Source: Ruminococcus albus 7 = DSM 20455
Lineage (GTDB): Bacteria > Bacillota > Clostridia > Oscillospirales > Ruminococcaceae
Length of the DNA stretch: 32,000 nt
Assembly: GCF_000179635.2 (NCBI RefSeq)
Contig: NC_014833.1
Location: 630,001 to 662,000, forward strand
Reading direction: 5' to 3'
Made by a program: the position numbers and the translations under genes. The notes below the pieces were generated by a model. It saw only the letters and a list, made by a program, of their open reading frames with translations, was not told the DNA's origin and ran no database searches. This document shows, piece after piece, positions 1 to 8,527 of the stretch; the stretch's first letter is position 1, and each line of letters opens with the position of its first letter.

Positions 1-375
1 TTTATTGACATTGAGCTCGATCCTTCCGAGCCCCTGCTTCTTTGCTTCATCCTTCACGTATCCCATCATGCTCCGAGCATAGCCCTTGCCGCGCTCATTT
101 CTGTACAGGTAGAACTTACTGAGATACATACTGTCTTTCTTCGGGTAAAACGCCATGAAGCCCACGTTCCTGCCGCTGTTCCTTACAAAGAAATATCTGT
201 ATCCGCTGTCAAGCTGTTTTTTTATAGCATCCTCCGTCTGGAACATAGCTAACATATAATCGTTCTGTTTTCTGCCTATGATCGGGTCATAGTGCTCCCT
301 GACTATCTCCGATGCCATAGCTGACATTTCCCTTATACCGTCAGCATCATTTTTGTAAAGCTCATCGAATTCCAT
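1..375 (-). CDS. GNAT family N-acetyltransferase (partial; C-terminus lies beyond the left window edge)
   Basis: The minus-strand frame is open to position 1, with ATG as the complement of 373-375. My own translation is MEFDELYKNDADGIREMSAMASEIVREHYDPIIGRKQNDYMLAMFQ...FYLYRNERGKGYARSMMGYVKDEAKKQGLGRIELNVNK. It carries the GNAT acetyl-CoA motif R-x-x-G-x-A (RGKGYA). It is absent from the ORF track because it is truncated. Confidence 0.7.
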   Translation of the reverse strand, partial: MEFDELYKNDADGIREMSAMASEIVREHYDPIIGRKQNDYMLAMFQTEDAIKKQLDSGYRYFFVRNSGRNVGFMAFYPKKDSMYLSKFYLYRNERGKGYARSMMGYVKDEAKKQGLGRIELNVNK

Positions 376-569
376 ATCACGCTCTCCCGAACTGTCACAT
401 CAGCCTCACTGACCCCACGATATATCATCATCTGTCCGCAAAACTGTTCACTTTTCATTATACAACATTTTTCACAAAAAATAAACCCCTTTCACAGAAA
501 AAATTAAAATTATCCGTTTTTTATATTTACGGCTGAATGACCGGTCATCCCTTGACCACACCGCCATAT

Positions 570-603
570 AAAAAATGCGTCCGCAGAAAACTCCGCAGAC
601 GCA
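570..603 (-). terminator. Rho-independent terminator downstream of citrate synthase
   Basis: Imperfect hairpin TGCGTCCGCAG (576-586) / CCGCAGACGCA (593-603). On the minus strand it is followed by a T-run (A-run 570-575 on plus). It lies 9 nt past the stop at 612-614. Confidence 0.6.
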
Positions 604-611
604 TATATCTG

Positions 612-1958
612 TCATCTTTCGTTTATAGGTACATAAGCTCTTTCCTTAGCCACAGCCTTGTAAGCAGGACGGATTATCCTCTTGCCGGTAACAAGCTCTT
701 CAAAACGGTGAGCGCACCAGCCGGGCATTCTCGATACCGCAAACATAGGTGTGAACAGATCCTGAGGTACACCCAGCATTCTGTAAACAAAGCCCGAATA
801 CATATCAACATTCGCACACATAGCCTTTGTGCTGCCCTTTATCTTCAGGAACAGTTCAGGTGTAAGGCGCTCGATAGTTTCCAGCAGGTGGAATTCCTTC
901 TCAAACTCCGTACCCTCAGCCATGCGCTTTGCATTGGCTTTCAGTATCACAGCTCTGGGATCGGAAAGGGTGTATACCGCATGACCCATACCGTATATAA
1001 GACCCGACTGATCGAAAGCCTCTTTCTTCAGTATCTTTGTCAGGAAATCTGCGACTTCGCCTTCGTCGTCCCAGTTTGCAACGTGCTGCTTTACACACTC
1101 CTGCATAGCAGATACTTTGATGTTCGCACCGCCGTGTTTGGGTCCCTTCAGTGAACCGATAGCAGCGGAGTATGCAGAGTAAGGATCGGTGCCCGAAGAT
1201 GTCAGTACGCGGCAGGCAAAGGTGGAGTTGTTTCCGCCGCCGTGTTCAGCGTGAAGCATCATCAGCAGGTCGAGAAGCTTAGCCTCATCGTCCGTGAACT
1301 TCCTGTCGGGACGTATAGCCGCCAGTATCATCTCAGCAGTGCTGTGATTCGGGTCAAGAGGATGCAGGAACATCGTCTGATTGTCAAATGTCCTCTTCTT
1401 AACCTGATAAGCCAGTGTCATTATGTAGGGCAGTTTCGATATTATGGATATCGCTGTTGCCATTTCATATTCGGGGGCGCGGTTCTCGGGATTGTCATCA
1501 TATGAATAAAGCGCCAGTATGGAACGTGACATCTTGTTCATTATGTCCTTAGACGGTGCCTTGAGTATCATATCCGAGAAGAAATCAGCAGGCAGCGGAC
1601 GGTTCTCCGCTATCATGTGCCTGAATGCCTTCAGTTCATCCTTATTGGGCAGTTCACCCAGCAGAAGAAGGTATACTATCTCCTCAAAGCCGAAGCGGTT
1701 TTCCTTAACGGCATTTCCAACCAGATCGTTTATATTGTAGCCGCGATAGATCAGCTGACCTTCGATCGGCATTTTTTCTCCTTCATTCACCACATATCCG
1801 TGAACGTTGCAAATATTGGTAAGACCCGCAGTAACACCTGTGCCGTCGGCATTTCTCAGACCTCTCTTTACGCTGTACCTGTCATAGTACCCGGGGTCTA
1901 TGGTGTTGTTTTTCACAAACTGCTGACAGAGCAGTTTCCTCGCTGTATCATTTACCAT
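612..1958 (-). CDS. gltA: Citrate synthase (Si-type citrate/2-methylcitrate synthase family)
   Basis: 448-aa ORF with the length and motifs of the citrate synthase family: MLHAEHGGGNNSTF (catalytic His region), GPKHGGAN, IYGMGHAVY (second catalytic His) and SRMPGWCAH. It has its own promoter and terminator. Confidence 0.9.
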   Translation of the reverse strand: MVNDTARKLLCQQFVKNNTIDPGYYDRYSVKRGLRNADGTGVTAGLTNICNVHGYVVNEGEKMPIEGQLIYRGYNINDLVGNAVKENRFGFEEIVYLLLLGELPNKDELKAFRHMIAENRPLPADFFSDMILKAPSKDIMNKMSRSILALYSYDDNPENRAPEYEMATAISIISKLPYIMTLAYQVKKRTFDNQTMFLHPLDPNHSTAEMILAAIRPDRKFTDDEAKLLDLLMMLHAEHGGGNNSTFACRVLTSSGTDPYSAYSAAIGSLKGPKHGGANIKVSAMQECVKQHVANWDDEGEVADFLTKILKKEAFDQSGLIYGMGHAVYTLSDPRAVILKANAKRMAEGTEFEKEFHLLETIERLTPELFLKIKGSTKAMCANVDMYSGFVYRMLGVPQDLFTPMFAVSRMPGWCAHRFEELVTGKRIIRPAYKAVAKERAYVPINER

Positions 1959-1992
1959 TCATGTTCATCTCACTTTCCTTGGATATTCTGTA

Positions 1993-2021
1993 ATTATACC
2001 ACATTCCGCCATTTTTGTCAA
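1993..2021 (-). promoter_or_regulatory. SigA-type promoter for citrate synthase
   Basis: On the minus strand: TTGACA (complement of 2016-2021), a 17-nt spacer, then TGTGG-TATAAT (complement of 1993-1998), i.e. an extended -10. Confidence 0.6.
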
Positions 2022-2106
2022 CTGCGGAAAGCTGTAATTCACACATATACTATCGATATTTTACATATGTATCCATACATTCCGCAGCGCATGGTCTTAA
2101 TGAGTC

Positions 2107-2739
2107 TTATTCCTTAACATAGTCTGCCCTCACCAGCGTTTTGCCATTAGGGAGCGCCACCCTGTCATGTAGTACTTCCTTATATCCTGCTTTACCAAGC
2201 GCTGCCGCCAGCCCTTTTTCATCTATGCTGTGATGAACTTCTTCAAGGATGTCAAACACATGGATATACGGCGAATCCGATACCCACTCCCTTTCATCGC
2301 CATTCACCTGTATAACACATGAGACGTATCGGGGCGACACCTTGCTTACAGCCCGCACAAAAGCCTCATACCCTATGTATTCCACCACCAGGTCAGCTAT
2401 CAGCATATCTGCCGTCGGAAGCTTCTCCGCTTCTGTCACAATGTCGGCGCGGATACATTCCAGCATTCCCGAAAGCTGAGGATACCTTTTCTCCACTGCT
2501 TTCAGGTATTCCCTGTTTATATCGACTCCGTATATCTTCTCAAAGTCCCACGCACACACATTGCCGAGCCCGTTACCGCCTGCGATACCGAAGATCATCG
2601 CTGTTTTAGCGGGATATGCGTTAAACTGTTCTTTCATGATGCCGTCAAGCGCCTGTAACTGCCATACCGTGTCAAGACTCATGTGTCTTTCATAATCATC
2701 AAGCCCTATCTTTTCCCAGGGATTACTCATTCCTATCAC
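2107..2739 (-). CDS. Class I SAM-dependent methyltransferase
   Basis: 210-aa ORF with the glycine-rich SAM-binding motif I (MIFGIAGGNGLGN) followed by an acidic residue after beta-2 (YGVDIN). Its start overlaps the stop of the upstream TrmH-like gene, which suggests translational coupling. An alternative ATG lies at 2730. Confidence 0.7.
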   Translation of the reverse strand: MIGMSNPWEKIGLDDYERHMSLDTVWQLQALDGIMKEQFNAYPAKTAMIFGIAGGNGLGNVCAWDFEKIYGVDINREYLKAVEKRYPQLSGMLECIRADIVTEAEKLPTADMLIADLVVEYIGYEAFVRAVSKVSPRYVSCVIQVNGDEREWVSDSPYIHVFDILEEVHHSIDEKGLAAALGKAGYKEVLHDRVALPNGKTLVRADYVKE

Positions 2740-3532
2740 CCCTGTACCTCATCTCCCAGAAAGCCACAGCACCCGCCGCGGCAACGTTCAGCGAATCCAC
2801 TCCGTGTGCCATAGGTATCTTTATCGTCATATCGCAGTCCTCTATGGTGGAAGCTTTCAGCCCGTCGCCCTCGGTGCCAAGGACTATCGCCAGCTTTTCC
2901 GCCCTTTTCAGCCCCTCGTCCTCAATGCTGACAGTGTCCGCCCTAAGCGCCATAGCCGCCGTCAGAAAGCCCTCTTTCTTCAGCCTGTATATGTATCCGC
3001 TGTCCGATTTCCCGATGAACTTCCAAGGCACCTGAAATACCGTACCCATGCTGACACGTATCGTCCGCCTGAACAGAGGATCGCTGCAGCCGTCTGTCAG
3101 AAGCACGGCATCAACGCCAAGCGCCGCTGCCGAACGGAATATAGCACCCATATTGGTCTGATTCATGATATCCTCCAGCACCGCTACCCTGTGTACCTCT
3201 GCAGGAAGTGCCGTGTCTTCGCTTTTTCGCTTCATGGCACAGAGTACTCCCTGTGTCAGCTTGAAACCAGTTATCTTTTCCAGCAGCTTTTTTCCTGCCG
3301 AATATACAGGCACGTCCCCGACTCTTTCAACGATATCCGCCGCCTGCCCCGAGATGTACCTTTCATCCATAAGCAGCGATACAGCCTCATATCCTGCATC
3401 AAGTGCGGTGCGTATCACTTTCGGGCTCTCCGCCACGAAAAGCCCCCGATTTTTCAGCTCAAGCTCTGCAGTATCCCTGTAAGGTGCCAGCTCTTCGCTT
3501 TCGATATCGTCTGCAAGTATTATCCTGCCCAT
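2723..3532 (-). CDS. TrmH/SpoU family RNA 2'-O-methyltransferase
   Basis: 269-aa ORF with the SpoU-type motifs NMGAIFRSAAALG, LGTEGDGL and IPMAHGVDSLNVAAAGAV. There is an N-terminal substrate-binding-like segment. The RBS AAAAGGGGG lies upstream. Confidence 0.85.
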   Translation of the reverse strand: MGRIILADDIESEELAPYRDTAELELKNRGLFVAESPKVIRTALDAGYEAVSLLMDERYISGQAADIVERVGDVPVYSAGKKLLEKITGFKLTQGVLCAMKRKSEDTALPAEVHRVAVLEDIMNQTNMGAIFRSAAALGVDAVLLTDGCSDPLFRRTIRVSMGTVFQVPWKFIGKSDSGYIYRLKKEGFLTAAMALRADTVSIEDEGLKRAEKLAIVLGTEGDGLKASTIEDCDMTIKIPMAHGVDSLNVAAAGAVAFWEMRYRGDRNE

Positions 3533-3568
3533 TTATGTATGCCCCCTTTTTTACTTATATCATATATC

Positions 3569-3597
3569 ATCATACCATAACGGCGGATATTTTTCAA
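3569..3597 (-). promoter_or_regulatory. SigA-type promoter for the trmH-like/methyltransferase pair
   Basis: On the minus strand: TTGAAA (complement of 3592-3597), a 17-nt spacer, then TGG-TATGAT (complement of 3569-3574). Confidence 0.5.
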
Positions 3598-3696
3598 CAC
3601 CTGTCTCACCTCATTTCTTTGTTGTTCTTGTACATATCCCGTATACGAGCATTGTACAAACAAATGATTTTAAATTTAACTCGGACATATTTCTGC

Positions 3697-3724
3697 AAAA
3701 GTTGTACAAAAACGTACAACTTTT
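3697..3724. promoter_or_regulatory. Perfect 11-bp inverted repeat AAAAGTTGTAC-N6-GTACAACTTTT (candidate operator or hairpin)
   Basis: Read directly from the sequence: 3697-3707 is the reverse complement of 3714-3724. It belongs to a cluster of TTGTAC(A) motifs at 3628, 3652, 3702 and 3715 (the last inverted). Confidence 0.4.
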
Positions 3725-4022
3725 GGCAGTTTTTCGCTGTATATAGAAGGGTATAAAAACTCCGGCACCCCAAGTGCCGTTTACATATATAGATTTCTGT
3801 GCGCACGATGGCAGGCTGACGCTGACTATGACTACGAGGATATGAAGCGACGTGTTATACTGTACAGAGGTCATCAGCAGCTTGACAACAGAATAATAAT
3901 ATCTCCGGTCCAAATGAATTTTTATGATCAGGCAAACTCCCATGACCCGATACCGTGTAAATATTATCGCAGATAGTATCAAAAAGATGTCTGTGATTTT
4001 GAATAAAATTATCTGCCGCTTA

Positions 4023-4051
4023 TTGAAAAAAATAACACTTTGTGGTATAAT
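4023..4051 (+). promoter_or_regulatory. SigA-type promoter for the GH5 cellulase
   Basis: TTGAAA (4023-4028), a 17-nt spacer, then TGTGG-TATAAT (4046-4051). The RBS AAAGGAG lies 7 nt before the ATG at 4086. Confidence 0.6.
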
Positions 4052-4085
4052 CATATATATTACATTTTTATGAAAGGAGCTTTTT

Positions 4086-5921
4086 ATGAAAGCATATTTT
4101 AAAAAGATACTTAGCCTTGTAACGGCAGGCATTATAACTGCCTCCGCACTGCCTTTTGTAAGTGCACAGGCTAAGGACGTATCCTCCATGACCGCTGTGG
4201 AGATAGCTAAAGATATGGGTCTTGGCTGGAACCTCGGCAATACACTTGAAGCCCATGACGGTACTAACCACAAAAAGATGGGTCTTGAATCCGAGACCTT
4301 CTGGGGCAATCCCAAAGCTTCAAAGGCACTTTTTGATGCCGTTAAGGCAAAGGGTTTCAGGACTATACGTATACCCGTCACCTGGTATCCCCATGCAGAT
4401 GCAAATTACAATATCGACACCGCATGGATGAACAGAGTAAAACAGGTAGTCGATTGGGCTGTGGATGAGAATACATACGTTATACTCAATATCCATCACG
4501 AGGAATGGAACACCCCCACCAATGCCAACTACGCAGCTGCTTCAAAGGAGCTGAAAGCTTTCTGGAAACAGATAGCCACCGAGTTCAGGGATTATGACCG
4601 TCACCTTATATTTGAGGGCATGAACGAGCCCCGTAATTACGGAGGTGCACATGAGTGGGACGGCGGTACCGATGATATGCGCAAGGTGATAAACAAGCTT
4701 GATAAGGATTTCGTGGATACCGTAAGATCAACGGGCGGAAAAAACAAGACACGCTGCCTGATGATACCTACCTATGCCGCAAGCTCCACTACCGTTGCGA
4801 TGCGTGCACTCAGCATACCCGATGACCCTAATGTCATGGTATCCATACACGCCTATTCACCTTATAATTTCACAATGAATACAGGCAGCGGTGCCACAAG
4901 TGTATTCGGCAGCGCTCAGGAAAATGAGCTCAAACAGCTGTTCAATAATATCAACAGTATCTTCCTCTCCAATGGCAAGGCTGTTGTTATAGGTGAGTTC
5001 AGTTCTTCAAACAAGAACAATACCGATGAGCGCGTCAAGTGGGCTAAAAGCTATGCAACGCTTGCAAAGCAGAAGGGTATACCGATAGTGCTCTGGGATA
5101 ATAACTCTCCCAAGGATAATTACAATAACGGTGAAGGTCATGGTTATATAAACAGAAAGACCCTCGCGTGGTACAGCACCGCTGAACCTGTTGTAGATTC
5201 TCTGGTCAAGAATTATTACGGCAGTTCTGTTTCAAAGACCGACCTCAGCAAATGCAAGGCTGTCCTTTCACAGACTAAGTACTTCTATGACGGCACTCAG
5301 CATAAGCCCTCAGTCACTGTTACCTACAACGGCAAGACCCTGACAAACGGTACCGATTATACCGCAGCTTACAGCGGCGGTAAAGCTATAGGTACGGGTA
5401 CTGTCACCTTGACGGGCAAGGGCAGCTATACCGGCACTGTAAAGCTGACATTCACAGTCGCTGAAAAGACCATAGGTGATTGCAAGATAACTCTTTCGCA
5501 GAATTCATATACATATGACGGCAATGAACACAAGCCTGCCGTTACAGTCACCTTTGAGGGCAAAAGGCTCAATGAGGGCAGCGATTACACTATCGCATAC
5601 GAAAACTGCAGGAATATAGGTGATGCATACGTCACAGTTACCGGTACAGGCTCATTCAAGGGCTCATCTAAAGTCAGATACTGTATTGATCCTGCCGATC
5701 TTTCGGGCTACAAGCTTGGTGATGTCAACTTCGACAGTAAGATAACTGTTACCGATGTCACACTGACCTCAGCACAGGTAAAAGCTAAGATATTCATGTC
5801 GGAAAGCCGCCGCAGAGCAGCAGATATCAACGGGGACGGCAGGGTGAATGTTTCGGATCTATCCCTTATGGCAGCCCATGTAAAGTCCAAAAAGAGCCTT
5901 CCCGACAAGAATATAGCTTGA
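4086..5921 (+). CDS. Glycoside hydrolase family 5 endoglucanase (cellulase) with signal peptide, two Ig-like modules and a C-terminal type I dockerin
   Basis: The signal peptide is MKAYFKKILSLVTAGIITASALPFVSAQA. GH5 signatures are present: GWNLGNTLEA, IRIPVTW, FEGMNEPR (acid/base Glu in NEP) and VVIGEFSS (nucleophile Glu). The C-terminal dockerin has two Ca-binding segments, GDVNFDSKITVTDV and ADINGDGRVNVSDL. Confidence 0.9.
   Translation: MKAYFKKILSLVTAGIITASALPFVSAQAKDVSSMTAVEIAKDMGLGWNLGNTLEAHDGTNHKKMGLESETFWGNPKASKALFDAVKAKGFRTIRIPVTWYPHADANYNIDTAWMNRVKQVVDWAVDENTYVILNIHHEEWNTPTNANYAAASKELKAFWKQIATEFRDYDRHLIFEGMNEPRNYGGAHEWDGGTDDMRKVINKLDKDFVDTVRSTGGKNKTRCLMIPTYAASSTTVAMRALSIPDDPNVMVSIHAYSPYNFTMNTGSGATSVFGSAQENELKQLFNNINSIFLSNGKAVVIGEFSSSNKNNTDERVKWAKSYATLAKQKGIPIVLWDNNSPKDNYNNGEGHGYINRKTLAWYSTAEPVVDSLVKNYYGSSVSKTDLSKCKAVLSQTKYFYDGTQHKPSVTVTYNGKTLTNGTDYTAAYSGGKAIGTGTVTLTGKGSYTGTVKLTFTVAEKTIGDCKITLSQNSYTYDGNEHKPAVTVTFEGKRLNEGSDYTIAYENCRNIGDAYVTVTGTGSFKGSSKVRYCIDPADLSGYKLGDVNFDSKITVTDVTLTSAQVKAKIFMSESRRRAADINGDGRVNVSDLSLMAAHVKSKKSLPDKNIA
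5247..5696 (+). repeat. Two tandem ~75-aa beta-rich modules inside the cellulase (5247-5471 and 5472-5696)
   Basis: The two segments align residue for residue: SKCKAVLSQTKYFYDGTQHKPSVTVTYNGKTLTNGTDYTAAYSGGKAIGTGTVTLTGKGSYTGTVKLTFTV versus IGDCKITLSQNSYTYDGNEHKPAVTVTFEGKRLNEGSDYTIAYENCRNIGDAYVTVTGTGSFKGSSKVRYCI. Confidence 0.8.
5712..5893 (+). other. Type I dockerin module (cellulosome targeting)
   Basis: Duplicated EF-hand-like D-x-N/D-x-D-G-x-(I/V)-x-x-x-D segments, each followed by a helix, at the extreme C-terminus of the GH5 ORF. Confidence 0.85.
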
Positions 5922-5933
5922 TAGATGATCCTG

Positions 5934-5976
5934 TCAGATAAAGCATAACTTGCTTTACGGTCTGATACAGCTTTTT
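5934..5976 (+). terminator. Weak terminator-like hairpin after the cellulase gene
   Basis: TCAGA (5934-5938) pairs with TCTGA (5961-5965). An inner AAGCA (5941-5945) pairs with TGCTT (5951-5955). The sequence TACAGCTTTTT follows. Confidence 0.4.
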
Positions 5977-6176
5977 CTACTATTCACGGACGAACGAATT
6001 GTATAAAGTGTAGAAATTTTAATGAAATATTTTACACTTCGGGTCATCATTATGGGTGATGTGTTTTTTTCAGGATGAGCTATAATGTGTATGTGGAAGA
6101 TATGCAGAAAAACTGGTGAAGACAAAGGAATACTGTATCCCCCTCTCAAGAGAACAGTAAGGCCCAAAAGAAAATG

Positions 6177-6201
6177 CCCCGGCGATGATTGATCGCCGGG
6201 G
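6177..6201. terminator. Strong GC-rich hairpin, terminator-like on both strands
   Basis: Perfect 10-bp stem CCCCGGCGAT (6177-6186) / ATCGCCGGGG (6192-6201) with a 5-nt loop. T-rich sequence follows on the plus strand (TACTTTGTTTAT) and on the minus strand (CATTTTCTTTT). Confidence 0.6.
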
Positions 6202-6330
6202 TACTTTGTTTATATAAAAATATTGCGGTCAAAAAATGTCGCCCGTGAAGCGACCTTATCTCCTTCGGAATGTGGTATCATATAGTCACAGTAAGAAACA
6301 CAGACCACATGACCTGAAGGAGGAACGACT

Positions 6331-6984
6331 ATGAAAAAGAATAACATCATCAGGAAGAACGATATTACCGAACTGGTATTCGTGCTGGACAGAAGCGGTT
6401 CTATGGCAGGGCTGGAGGCGGATACTGTCGGCGGATTCAACTCCCTTATCAAAGAGCAGAAAAAATCAGATGGCAGGGCTTTTGTGACCACTGTGCTGTT
6501 TGATACAGACGTTGTATATGTCCATGACCGCGAAGATATCTCGCAGGTAAAGCCCCTCACCCAAAGGGACTATGTGCCCCGCGGCTGTACCGCACTTCTG
6601 GATGCTGTGGGCATGACGATACAGCATATCGCAGGTATACACAAATATGCACGTCCCGGGGATGTGCCCTCAAAGACCATATTCGTTATAACCACCGACG
6701 GAATGGAAAATGCCAGCCGTGAATTCAGGTACGATACTGTAAAGCGGCTGATAAAAAAGGAGCAGGAAAAGTATGGCTGGGAATTCATATTCCTCGGTGC
6801 GAACATAGATGCGGCGGCGACTGCAGACTCTATGGGTATCGGACACGCTTCAAACTACAAAGCCGACGGCAGAGGTACAAAGCTGATGTACGGTGCAGTC
6901 GGCAGGGCTGTGAGCTGTATGAGAGAATCGGCACCCCTTATGGATGATTGGAATGCGGAGATGGAAGAGGACGCGGCGAGATAA
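6331..6984 (+). CDS. von Willebrand factor type A (vWA) domain protein
   Basis: 217-aa ORF with the MIDAS motif D-x-S-x-S in VFVLDRSGSM. The downstream Thr and Asp positions are also present (GCTALLDAV, VITTDGMEN). The RBS GAAGGAGG lies upstream. Confidence 0.8.
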   Translation: MKKNNIIRKNDITELVFVLDRSGSMAGLEADTVGGFNSLIKEQKKSDGRAFVTTVLFDTDVVYVHDREDISQVKPLTQRDYVPRGCTALLDAVGMTIQHIAGIHKYARPGDVPSKTIFVITTDGMENASREFRYDTVKRLIKKEQEKYGWEFIFLGANIDAAATADSMGIGHASNYKADGRGTKLMYGAVGRAVSCMRESAPLMDDWNAEMEEDAAR

Positions 6985-7029
6985 AAAACAAAACCATCGA
7001 CTATTCAGACAAATCCAGAAAACAAAGAT

Positions 7030-7057
7030 CCCCGAAGTGCCGGTAAACACCTCGGGG
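7030..7057. terminator. Hairpin between convergent genes (vWA plus-strand, metallopeptidase minus-strand)
   Basis: CCCCGAAGTG (7030-7039) pairs with CACCTCGGGG (7048-7057) with one mismatch. The T-rich run is on the minus-strand side (ATCTTTGTTTTCT), so it fits best as the terminator of the minus-strand gene. Confidence 0.6.
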
Positions 7058-7082
7058 AAAATACTCTATAAAAATAAGGGCT

Positions 7083-7790
7083 TCATTCTTCGTCATTATC
7101 CGATCGCATACTGCCGCGTATCTTTTTCCAGTCGGGGCAGTAGCGCTCTACCAGTTTCCAGAAATCGGCACTGTGGTCCATGTGCACCAGATGTGCCAGC
7201 TCGTGTATACATACGTAGTCGATATGGGCTTTTGAATAAGCGGCAACTTTATAGTTTATGGATATGGTCCCGTTGGAACTGCATCTTCCCCAGCTGGCGC
7301 TGAGATCCTTCACAGTGATCTTTTTCGGGAACAGCCCCATAAGTGCCGTGAGCCGCTGCATACTCTCGGTTATTTCGCGGTTTGCAAGCTCAACTATATA
7401 TGTCTGTATCTGACGTACCATATACTCATGGTCAACGCTGCCGCATACGGCTATGAGCAGCTTGCCGTCCTCGAAACGGGGCTTGAAGTATCTGTCTGAG
7501 GGTACGGCCGTGATTATCGCCTTTTGTCCCAGCAGACGTATCTCCTCGCCGTCTTCAAAGGTCACGGGGAGACCTGAATGCTTAGCACTTTTTTCAAGAT
7601 TAAGGTCTATCCATTCTATGTGCTGCTCGATGAATGTGCGTATCTGTGCAGGGTCAAAACGCTCCGGGACGCGGACGGTCAGCCTGCCCTCGTTTATTGC
7701 AAGAACAGCATTCCTGCGTTTTCCTTTGTCGAGTATAAAGTTCAGTTTTCTGCCGCCCGACAGGGTGATGCAGGTGAGGAACTTTGCCAT
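7083..7790 (-). CDS. YgjP-like / SprT-like zinc metallopeptidase (DUF45, M48-related)
   Basis: HExxH zinc site in CIHELAHLVHMDHSADFW near the C-terminus. I chose the start at the internal Met (MAKFLTCITLSGGRKLNF..., ATG as complement of 7788-7790). The longer ORF to 7919 would overlap the upstream gene, whose stop is at 7795-7797. Confidence 0.75.
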   Translation of the reverse strand: MAKFLTCITLSGGRKLNFILDKGKRRNAVLAINEGRLTVRVPERFDPAQIRTFIEQHIEWIDLNLEKSAKHSGLPVTFEDGEEIRLLGQKAIITAVPSDRYFKPRFEDGKLLIAVCGSVDHEYMVRQIQTYIVELANREITESMQRLTALMGLFPKKITVKDLSASWGRCSSNGTISINYKVAAYSKAHIDYVCIHELAHLVHMDHSADFWKLVERYCPDWKKIRGSMRSDNDEE

Positions 7791-7794
7791 GACT

Positions 7795-8322
7795 TTACTG
7801 CTCCCAGGGCGGCAGGACGGTCTGGTAATCAGAGAGGTAGTCACGGTAGATATAACCTGTGAGCTCACCGTCGTTGCCTGTAAATGTGACCTTGACGTAA
7901 CCGTTGTCTTCATAGCCAAGCACTGTCACAGCTACGCCGGGGGTCATGCATACGATATTCTCAGCCTCATTGGAAGGCTGTGTGTGAAGGTATGCATACT
8001 CGGTGATATACTTTGTCTCCGTCTCATTGGGTGCGGATGAGCTTTCCTCGGCAGCTGAAGAAGGGCTGCTCTCGTCGGAAGCTCCGCTCTCTGTTATGTC
8101 AGCGCTGTCAGCCGGAGCGGTGGTGACGGGTTTAGCGTTATTGCTGATCCTGGGTTCGGTGACGTTGGTATTTATAGTGGCAGTGTCGATGCCTGCAGGC
8201 GGATTTTCGGAATTACTTGCGAAAACCACCTTGCCGATGATGAATACCATACATACAAGAAATATCCCGGCGACAATGACAGATGCCACGCCGACAGAAC
8301 GAAAATTTATTTTTTTATTCAT
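7795..8322 (-). CDS. Membrane-anchored SH3b (bacterial SH3) domain protein
   Basis: N-terminal TM helix (VGVASVIVAGIFLVCMVFIIGKVVF), then a Ser/Ala/Glu-rich linker. The C-terminal SH3_3-like segment is YAYLHTQPSNEAENIVCMTPGVAVTVLGYEDNGYVKVTFTGNDGELTGYIYRDYL. The RBS is AAAGGAG. Confidence 0.7.
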   Translation of the reverse strand: MNKKINFRSVGVASVIVAGIFLVCMVFIIGKVVFASNSENPPAGIDTATINTNVTEPRISNNAKPVTTAPADSADITESGASDESSPSSAAEESSSAPNETETKYITEYAYLHTQPSNEAENIVCMTPGVAVTVLGYEDNGYVKVTFTGNDGELTGYIYRDYLSDYQTVLPPWEQ

Positions 8323-8360
8323 CAGAAAATTCTCCTTTGCATATCCGGTGTTTCCAAACT

Positions 8361-8389
8361 ATTATAATCCATTTGGCGAAGATTGTCAA
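8361..8389 (-). promoter_or_regulatory. SigA-type promoter for the SH3b/metallopeptidase pair
   Basis: On the minus strand: TTGACA (complement of 8384-8389), a 17-nt spacer, then TATAAT (complement of 8361-8366). Confidence 0.6.
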
Positions 8390-8461
8390 CACAGGGCGGT
8401 CAATATACTGATGAAATAAAGGGATGGGCGTGTATATTCGTAAAAAAATTATGAATACCCC

Positions 8462-8490
8462 TTGCATTATTCAGAAAAGTGTGCTATAAT
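8462..8490 (+). promoter_or_regulatory. SigA-type promoter for secG
   Basis: TTGCAT (8462-8467), a 17-nt spacer, then TGTGC-TATAAT (8485-8490). Confidence 0.6.
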
Positions 8491-8527
8491 ATGATAAATT
8501 ATGTTATCAGCTACGGAGGAAAGTATT

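Noticed and set aside
537-1154. 205-aa plus-strand ORF
   Set aside because: It lies entirely antisense to the citrate synthase gene, whose family motifs are clear.
3611-4381. 256-aa minus-strand ORF spanning the trmH/GH5 intergenic region and the 5' end of the cellulase gene
   Set aside because: It runs antisense through the well-supported GH5 start, signal peptide and promoter, and crosses two hairpins. It has no RBS and an implausible low-complexity, Ile/Phe/Tyr-rich composition typical of AT-rich non-coding DNA.
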